From the IMG/VR virus record IMGVR_UViG_3300032257_000087, positions 1-26,011 of that record: DNA of 26,011 nt; one strand, written 5' to 3'. Shown one piece after another: positions 8,514-15,233 of the stretch; within the stretch, counting starts at the first letter, position 1; each line of letters starts with the position of its first letter. The position numbers were made by a program, and so were the translations under genes. This DNA comes from a virus (lineage: Duplodnaviria > Caudoviricetes). The notes below the pieces were generated by a model. It saw nothing but the letters and a program-made list of their open reading frames with translations. It ran no database searches and was not told the DNA's origin.

Positions 8514-9145
8514 GCGACAACTTCGCAATTTCAGCGGGCCTGGGCACGAGCATCGCCACAAAGGACTCTGGGGGTGCGCACCACCAGAAGCTCCTGCTGG
8601 AGGGCAGCCAGGCCGATGGCACCCCGGAGCTCGTCGGGCCTACCGCGCCGCTCCACGTCATCCCCGCAGGGAAGAAGATCCTCTCCCGCTACCTGGACAA
8701 GGCCGGCGACGGCACCGGGGACAAGACAGGGAACGAGGACTTCTCGGTGACGCCGGACGACTTCTACATCGAGCCGGGGGCAGGCGTCGTCTACGTGATC
8801 GAGGACCTAACCGTCCACATCGAGGGAGCCGGGGCCGCGGCCCTGGGCTCATGGGGGGACCTATCCCCGTCCAACGGACTGCGCTTCAAGTGGAACCGAT
8901 CGGCGTCGGCCCATGTCAACCTGGACGACTCCGAGGCCATCACGACCGCGGCAGGCTTCCTGGGGCTTGGGGCAGAGCTGATCGTGCTCTCGGGGAACTT
9001 CTGCATCATGCGACTACCCCTGGCCCGCCTATTCGGGGGCGTGCGGCTGGTTGGCGACACTAACGATCAACTCGCGGTCACGCTGAACGACGACTTCAGC
9101 ACCATGACCACGCTCCAGTTCGTAGCACGAGGGTACGAGGAGTGA
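8510..9145 (+). CDS. Hypothetical, probably a virion structural/decoration protein
   Basis: ATGA-coupled. N-terminus DNFAISAGLGTSIATKDSGGAHHQK...ADG...VGPTAPLHV resembles a leader recalled from phage structural proteins. Beta-rich body. Confidence 0.6.
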   Translation: MSDNFAISAGLGTSIATKDSGGAHHQKLLLEGSQADGTPELVGPTAPLHVIPAGKKILSRYLDKAGDGTGDKTGNEDFSVTPDDFYIEPGAGVVYVIEDLTVHIEGAGAAALGSWGDLSPSNGLRFKWNRSASAHVNLDDSEAITTAAGFLGLGAELIVLSGNFCIMRLPLARLFGGVRLVGDTNDQLAVTLNDDFSTMTTLQFVARGYEE

Positions 9146-9561
9146 CCGCGCCCATCTTCCCGCAGGGGCTCCCCGCTGCTGGAGGGGGCAATTCGATCCT
9201 GGCGACCATCGCTATCGCGGATTTCACGCCGGACAACTACGGGTTCCCCGTGGTCGAGAACATCTCGCACCCGGGCGTGGTCTTCTCGGGCGAGCAGTTG
9301 GTAGCCCACAACGACGTGACCCACGACCGCTTCCCGCGCTCCTGGTCTGTGACCTACGCTGGTCGGCCTGGAGCCCTGCGGAACCAGATGGCCAAGCTCC
9401 TGGCGGACACCCGGGGTGCCCACGTCGTGAACTTCAACGTCCCCGACAGCCCCACGAGCGAGCAGGTCCGGGCCTGGATAGCGGTCTCCGAGCTCGCGAG
9501 CAACGATGCGGGACCCATGAGCACCACGTTCTCGGTCCTGCTCCTTGAGGACGTGACCTAA
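9142..9561 (+). CDS. Small lambda gpM/distal-tail (Dit)-like protein located in the neck cluster
   Basis: GTG start overlapping the previous TGA. Pattern FTPDNYG...PRSWSVTY...LLADTRG..VNFNVPD...FSVLLLEDV resembles gpM-like proteins. The ORF is well supported, the family call is tentative. Confidence 0.5.
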   Translation: MTAPIFPQGLPAAGGGNSILATIAIADFTPDNYGFPVVENISHPGVVFSGEQLVAHNDVTHDRFPRSWSVTYAGRPGALRNQMAKLLADTRGAHVVNFNVPDSPTSEQVRAWIAVSELASNDAGPMSTTFSVLLLEDVT

Positions 9562-10049
9562 TGCCTCCCGCCACAGATCCCGCGTCGGAGCAGATCCTGG
9601 ACGCGATCATCAGCACCCTGGCCGGGATCAACGGGGGAGCGGACTACACCCACGACTTCTCCGGCGAGCGCCAGGTGGTGAGGTACGCCCAGTGGCCCGG
9701 GAACGAGGTCTGGGACAACATGATCCAGCTCGCCGGCCTGGAGTCCCAGGACGACGAGAACCAGGGGCACGACGTGGTGGAGGTGACCCAGGAGTTCGCC
9801 ATCGGCATCTCTCTCCGGGTCTGGAACGAGGAAGACAAGACCCTGGGGCTCGAGGAGGCCATCGCAGACGTGAAGAAGGCCGTCCGCAGGAACGAGCAAC
9901 TAGGGGGGCTTGCGGCCCGGATCTCGCTTGGCTCTACTGTCCGGTGGGAGTACCGCGGCGAGTCTCCCCAGGCCGGGGCCGCTGTCCGCGGCTTCGTCCA
10001 GTACAAGCACGCGGTCGATGACCCATACGTGATCGTCTCTCCCAGCTAG
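9561..10049 (+). CDS. Tail terminator / tail completion protein (lambda gpU-like)
   Basis: EQILDAIISTLAGI N-terminal helix, IADVKKAV....LGGLA, VQYKH...DP. Acidic, directly before the tail tube. TAATG overlap. Confidence 0.75.
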   Translation: MPPATDPASEQILDAIISTLAGINGGADYTHDFSGERQVVRYAQWPGNEVWDNMIQLAGLESQDDENQGHDVVEVTQEFAIGISLRVWNEEDKTLGLEEAIADVKKAVRRNEQLGGLAARISLGSTVRWEYRGESPQAGAAVRGFVQYKHAVDDPYVIVSPS

Positions 10050-10064
10050 GGAAGCAAAGGAACC

Positions 10065-11540
10065 ATGGTCTACCTCAGCAAAAGCAAGCAGGTCCTGTTC
10101 GCGAAGGAGAGCAACCCCGGCGTGGCCGAGACGCTCACCTCTGCAGATGCCCTCCTGCGCGTCATCGACGTGTCCTTCGATCCGCAGTTCGACAACACGG
10201 AGAACAACGAAGCCAGCCCCAGCTTCTCCGTCTCCAAGCCCCGTATCGGGCAGCGGACGAGCCGGGCCACCTTCAGCTTCCTGCTCGCTGGCCGCTCGGA
10301 CCAGGACGACCAGCTCGATCCGCCCTTCAACCTCCTGCTCGAGGCCGCCGGCTTTCTGAGCGCCCCGGTGCAGAAGATCACGCTGGACGCGGGAGCCTTC
10401 ACTTCAGGAACGGTCCTGAAGTCGGGCCAGATATTCACGGCCACGGGAAGCGGGGCCAAGGGGATCATCGTCGGCTCGGTCTTCAGTGCGGACACCGCTC
10501 AACGGACCTTGCGCTACATCCCCTACGACCCCTCGGACAACGGGTCGCCGACTCCGGTGGACTCGGCGGACACGGATATCGTGGTCAACTCGACCAACAA
10601 CGACTACGACGCGACGGTGGACATCACCACCCAGACGCCTGCGGACGGCGGAATAGGCTACCTGCCGCTGACGAAGCCCCAGGCCGAAATCACTATCGGC
10701 GCTCCGAGCGTTGGGGATTCCACCTTCCTGAAGGGGGATATCATCAAAGGGGCGTCTTCGAAGGCCGTGGGTATTTGCGCCGAGGAAATCTCCGGTGCAG
10801 GCACCCTGAAGTACAACCCCGTCATCGGCAACTTCACGAACGGAGAGATCCTCGCCGATGTCTCGGCGGACGGAGACTCTACGATCGCGACCACGAGCTC
10901 TGGGCCCTCGGTCGGCATGTTCCCGACGCTCACCCTTTGGGGCTTCGAGGACGCGCTGCGCTACAAGATGCGCGGCTGCATCGTCGAGCAGGTCGAGTTC
11001 CAGCAGTCCTCGGGAGCCCAGACCATCGTCCAGATCCAGGTGCTAGGCATCCTGGACACGCCGGACGACCAGAGCCCCTTCGACGTGCTCATCTCCGGCT
11101 CGGCCGCGGCTCCCCGCTTCATGTCGGCCGACACCGCTGCGGCGGACTACAGCGGCACGATCCTGAACTGGGACTTCGGGCGCCTGGCTTCGTTCAACGT
11201 GCGAATCGCGAACGAGGTCTCTCCGCGGGAGAACGCGGCCAAGAACGGCGGCATCGAGGTCATGGTGAGCGGAGGCCGGGCCGTCACCGTCACGCACGAC
11301 GCCGAGGTGGTCCCCGAAACCACGTTCAAGAACTTCGACAAGGCCGTGAACCTGACCAAGTTCCGCGTGCGCGCAGGCTACGGCGAGAGCGGCAACGTCG
11401 GGAACTACTTCGTTCACAGCTTCGACGATCTCACGCTGAACGGCCTGAGCACTCAGGACCGGGCCGGCAAGCTGGCCTACAACCACGAGTCGCAAGCCAA
11501 CGGCGAGATCGACGACGAGTATGCATTCGTCGTGTACTAG
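10065..11540 (+). CDS. Major tail tube protein with inserted beta domains
   Basis: N-terminus KSKQVLFAKESNPG...DALL, LLEAAGF, TLW.....YKMRGC, terminal NGEIDDEYAF resemble a siphophage tube family. Followed by chaperones and tape measure. AAAGGA SD. No sheath gene. Confidence 0.82.
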   Translation: MVYLSKSKQVLFAKESNPGVAETLTSADALLRVIDVSFDPQFDNTENNEASPSFSVSKPRIGQRTSRATFSFLLAGRSDQDDQLDPPFNLLLEAAGFLSAPVQKITLDAGAFTSGTVLKSGQIFTATGSGAKGIIVGSVFSADTAQRTLRYIPYDPSDNGSPTPVDSADTDIVVNSTNNDYDATVDITTQTPADGGIGYLPLTKPQAEITIGAPSVGDSTFLKGDIIKGASSKAVGICAEEISGAGTLKYNPVIGNFTNGEILADVSADGDSTIATTSSGPSVGMFPTLTLWGFEDALRYKMRGCIVEQVEFQQSSGAQTIVQIQVLGILDTPDDQSPFDVLISGSAAAPRFMSADTAAADYSGTILNWDFGRLASFNVRIANEVSPRENAAKNGGIEVMVSGGRAVTVTHDAEVVPETTFKNFDKAVNLTKFRVRAGYGESGNVGNYFVHSFDDLTLNGLSTQDRAGKLAYNHESQANGEIDDEYAFVVY

Positions 11541-11576
11541 GACCGGAATCCAACAACAGGACAGGAGGCGGACAGA

Positions 11577-12014
11577 ATGGTAATCGCAATCAAGCCGGGC
11601 GAGGTCTTCGAGGGTATCCACCCCGACGACATGGAACAGCCCGCAGAACTACGGACGACCTGGCGCTGGATTGCCCCCACGGTGGCATCCGCGCGAGCGG
11701 TCAAGCGCCAGGCGGGGCACCAGACCAAGAAGGGCCGGGTGGTCTCCGACAGCGGCGAGATGGAGCGCTTCCACCTGAAGCTCCACCTGCTCGAGCCCGT
11801 GAACTTCCTGATCGAGGCCCCTGAGTTCGACCAGGACGGAGTCCAGACGAAGGCCGGCGTCCCTGCGAACTGGGCCACGGAGAGCTTCCACACGGCCCTG
11901 AGCGCCCCGAAGGACGAGACGCTGAACATGATCCCAGCATCCTTCAGGGACTGGCTCTACAACCAGATCCAGGACTCGGGCACGCTTACCGAGGAGCAGT
12001 CGGAAAAGCCCTAG
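11577..12014 (+). CDS. Tail assembly chaperone (lambda gpG equivalent)
   Basis: Lies between tube and tape measure, AGGAGG SD, ends LTEEQSEKP at a slippery G GAA AAG. Confidence 0.8.
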   Translation: MVIAIKPGEVFEGIHPDDMEQPAELRTTWRWIAPTVASARAVKRQAGHQTKKGRVVSDSGEMERFHLKLHLLEPVNFLIEAPEFDQDGVQTKAGVPANWATESFHTALSAPKDETLNMIPASFRDWLYNQIQDSGTLTEEQSEKP

Positions 12015-12457
12015 TCGCGGCTCACGTTCTGTACCGGGAAGACGGGGCCCTCCCCGATTGCTCCCAGTGCAGTCTCCCGGGTTCCGAGACCCTCCGGCGA
12101 GGATGGGGGTGCGACGAGGCGGTGCCCGAGGACCAATGGGTCTTCGACACCGCCTGCCCCAGGTGCTTCGGCCAGTGCACGGAGCCCGGCACGGAACCCG
12201 GCGAGCACGAGCTGTGCTCGGTGTGCCGCGGCCTGGGCACCAAGAACCATCTCCGCTGCCCGCCGCAGCTCCTGGACATCGAGATCCGGGAGCTGATGGT
12301 CTACTACGTGGACTGGTCCGACCACGGGACATACCCTGGGGGCGGTAGTACGCTCGAGCAGCCCGCCCAACTCATCCGGGTCTTCCAGATCCTGAAGAGC
12401 GAGGCGAGCAAGATCATGAAGGACAGGGCTAGGGTGGCCCGCGGACCTGATGGCTGA
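11577..12457 (+). CDS. Tail assembly chaperone, long form (gpGT equivalent), made by -1 frameshift at ~12002-12008
   Basis: The -1 frame is open from the slip site to TGA 12457 (K-ALVAAHVLYREDGALPDCSQC...WGC...RCP...GTYPGGGSTLEQP) and includes listed ORF 12122-12457. It overlaps the tape-measure start. Confidence 0.75.
12002..12008 (+). promoter_or_regulatory. Putative -1 programmed ribosomal frameshift site G_GAA_AAG
   Basis: Contains the shift-prone A_AAG one codon before the G-ORF stop, at the conserved G/GT position. SD-like GAGGAG at 11991-11996 just upstream. Confidence 0.7.
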
Positions 12458-15227
12458 CCAACGGCAAAGAGTCTTCGTCGAGTATCGCGCGATCGACGAG
12501 CTGTCGAAGGTCAACAAGGCCATCGGCCGATCCGGCCAGGACGCAGCGAAGGCGATCGAGCGTGGCATGGGCCGAAGCTCCAGGTCGGTCCAGACCTTCG
12601 GGAAGCGGGCCAACAAGACCCTCAACAGCCTGAACAAGACGGTCAACAACCTCGCCGGGGCTTTCGGCCGGCGCCTCGTGGTGAGCATCCTAGCCGTGGG
12701 GGCGGTGCTGAAAGGGTTGACCAGCCTCCGGTCTGCCACGACGGACGCATCGAACTTCCGGAATGCGCTGGGGGAGATGGCGACCATTGCAGAGGGGGGT
12801 GCCGCCCAGGTCGCTGGGATGAAGGACGAGATCCTGGACCTAGCGATCGCGTTCGGCGTGAACGAGGTCGAGGTGGCTGGCGCCGGCTACGAGACCTTCT
12901 CTCGCGTGACAAAGGACAGCGCGGAGGCCCTCGAGTTCATGGAGGCCGCGCTGACCCTCTCGACGGCTGGCCTGGGCAACGCCCGAGAGGTGACGATCCT
13001 CCTGGCCGGCGCGATGGAGCAATTTGGGGATCAGGTGGAGAGCGTCGGTGATCTGGCGGATCTCTTCTTCAAGACGGTAGACCAGGGCGGCCTCACCTTG
13101 AGTGAGCTCGCTAGCAGCCTCTCCGGGGTCGCGCCCGTGGCAGCAAGCCTGGGCGTGGGCCTGGATGAAGTGGCCGCGGCCCTCGCCACGCTGACCGCTG
13201 GAGGCACGCCGCTGGCCCAGGCCGTGACTCAACTCCGGGGGCTCTTCAACGCTCTCGGGGTGCAGTCCTCCAACGTCGCCGCGATCTTCAAAGACCAGCT
13301 CGGGGTCGAGTTCACCGAGCAGACGCTCGCCACCGAGGGGCTGGCCTTCGTCCTGAAGGGACTTTCCGAGGCCACCAACGGCTCGTTCAACCAACTGCAG
13401 AAGCTCCTGGTCCAGTCCGAGGCCGTCCAGGGCGTCCTGGGGCTCACCAAGAACGCGGCGCAGCGGCTCGAGGAAACCCTCGTCAACATCGGCGATCGCG
13501 GCGGAGTGGCGGCTGTGGCGGCTCTCCTGCGCCTGCAGGACCCTGCGAAGAGGGTGGAGCTGGCGTTCAACGCCATCCGGATCACATTCAGCCAGGCCTT
13601 CGGGGACACGGTACTCCTGCGCCTGAACACGTTCTTCAACGAAGGGAAGCGGCTCGAGACGGTGCTCTTCGCGGTGGAGACGGCCGGCAAGGTCATGGCG
13701 GAGACCCTGGGCGTGGCCTTCGCGGTAGTCGAAAGCGGAATCAGCATCTTCCAGGACTTCATCGACGAGCTCGGGGGGGCAGAGAAGGCCAGCGAGCTCA
13801 CAGGTCTCGCGATCACGGCGTTTGCGTCCGAGGTGCGCGCGACAGTCCGGGAGACCTTCCACGAGATCCAGAACCTGACCAACGCCATCGTCGCGGTCCC
13901 GCTTACGGTCCAACTGGCCGTCGAGCGCGCGAACGCTGCGCTATCTGGCCTCCCCGGCGTGACGGAGACGGCGACCGGAAAGCTCACTCGCCTGATCCAG
14001 AAGCAGCAGCGGCTCACCCAGGACTTCGACCAGGGCATCGACTTCCTCTCCCGGGACATTGCCGAGGGGCTTGTCGAGAACATCACCAACACCAGCGCCG
14101 AGATCCAGACGCTCCGAGACGCAGGGGTGAAGACAATCGGCGAGCTCGCGAAGGAGACGACCATAGCTGTCGCAAAGTCCTTCGAACCTATCCCGGACGA
14201 GATCAAGGCCCTCCGCCTCACTGCGGAAGAGGACCTAGCGAAGCTGTCCTTGGCCGTCGCCAAGTTCCGGCTCGAGGCGCTGAACGGGGCTGGCGCCCCG
14301 CCTGTAGAGGTGCCCTCCAGGAACCTCCCTGTCGGCGGCCCCCTGTTCGGACCCTTCACCGCAGCCCCCGATCGCGCGTCCCAAGAGGCTGATGCCCAGG
14401 CCGCCCAGCTCAAGGCCTACCAGGACCTGAACGCAGTCTTCCAGAAGGACCTGATCCCGAGCCTCGATGAGATGCTCGCGGCACAGGAGGCGATGACTCG
14501 CGCCCGCCTGAAGGATATCGAGACGGCGCTGGTGTCGGGAAAGATCAGCGATGAACAGGCCCTCGGGCTACGAGAGACCGTGGCGCGGCTGAACGAGCAG
14601 GAGGCCAGCCTGATTCGAAACACGAAGGCCTTCGAGGACAACACGGTCGAGTTGACCAAGACCCAGAGGATCGCCGATCAGTTCGCGGACTCCCTCGGGC
14701 GAAGCCTTTCGAGCAGCCTGGCCCAGATCGCGCTAGATGCAGACAGGACGCGGGAATCCTTCCAGCGTCTGACTCAGGGGATCATCGCTAACCTGCTCCA
14801 GATCATCCTCCAGGAGACGCTCGCCGCTTCGATCACGTCGGGCATCCGATCGCTGTTCGGCCTCGGCGGCATCGATTCCGCTGTCAAAGGCTTTGCCGAT
14901 GGGGGCACGCTCCCCGGAGGCCGCACAGAGTTCATGCCGCTGAAGGGCTACGCGGACGGCGGCCCGATCATCTCGAAGCCTCACATGGCTGTTGTCGGGG
15001 AAGGTCCTTCTCCCGAGGCCGTGGTCCCGCTGAAGAACGGCAAGATCGGCGTCGATCTCAACGGCCAGGTCGGCGGCACGAACGTCAGCATCGCGATCAC
15101 GGCCATGGACGGGAAGGACGTGAAGCGGGTTCTCATCGAGGAAGAGAAGACGATTCGCGGGATCATCCAGCGCGCGGTTGCGGGCAGCGACCAGCAGCTG
15201 ATCCAGCTTGTGAAGCGGACGAGGTGA
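12450..15227 (+). CDS. Tail tape measure protein (TP901-like core)
   Basis: 925 aa, Ala/Leu-rich helical. Core DLFFKTVDQGGLTLSELASSL..VAPVAASLGV..DEV.AALATLT. C-terminal GFADGG / GYADGG...VVGEGPSPEAVVPL. Confidence 0.93.
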   Translation: MADQRQRVFVEYRAIDELSKVNKAIGRSGQDAAKAIERGMGRSSRSVQTFGKRANKTLNSLNKTVNNLAGAFGRRLVVSILAVGAVLKGLTSLRSATTDASNFRNALGEMATIAEGGAAQVAGMKDEILDLAIAFGVNEVEVAGAGYETFSRVTKDSAEALEFMEAALTLSTAGLGNAREVTILLAGAMEQFGDQVESVGDLADLFFKTVDQGGLTLSELASSLSGVAPVAASLGVGLDEVAAALATLTAGGTPLAQAVTQLRGLFNALGVQSSNVAAIFKDQLGVEFTEQTLATEGLAFVLKGLSEATNGSFNQLQKLLVQSEAVQGVLGLTKNAAQRLEETLVNIGDRGGVAAVAALLRLQDPAKRVELAFNAIRITFSQAFGDTVLLRLNTFFNEGKRLETVLFAVETAGKVMAETLGVAFAVVESGISIFQDFIDELGGAEKASELTGLAITAFASEVRATVRETFHEIQNLTNAIVAVPLTVQLAVERANAALSGLPGVTETATGKLTRLIQKQQRLTQDFDQGIDFLSRDIAEGLVENITNTSAEIQTLRDAGVKTIGELAKETTIAVAKSFEPIPDEIKALRLTAEEDLAKLSLAVAKFRLEALNGAGAPPVEVPSRNLPVGGPLFGPFTAAPDRASQEADAQAAQLKAYQDLNAVFQKDLIPSLDEMLAAQEAMTRARLKDIETALVSGKISDEQALGLRETVARLNEQEASLIRNTKAFEDNTVELTKTQRIADQFADSLGRSLSSSLAQIALDADRTRESFQRLTQGIIANLLQIILQETLAASITSGIRSLFGLGGIDSAVKGFADGGTLPGGRTEFMPLKGYADGGPIISKPHMAVVGEGPSPEAVVPLKNGKIGVDLNGQVGGTNVSIAITAMDGKDVKRVLIEEEKTIRGIIQRAVAGSDQQLIQLVKRTR

Positions 15228-15233
15228 CAAAGC

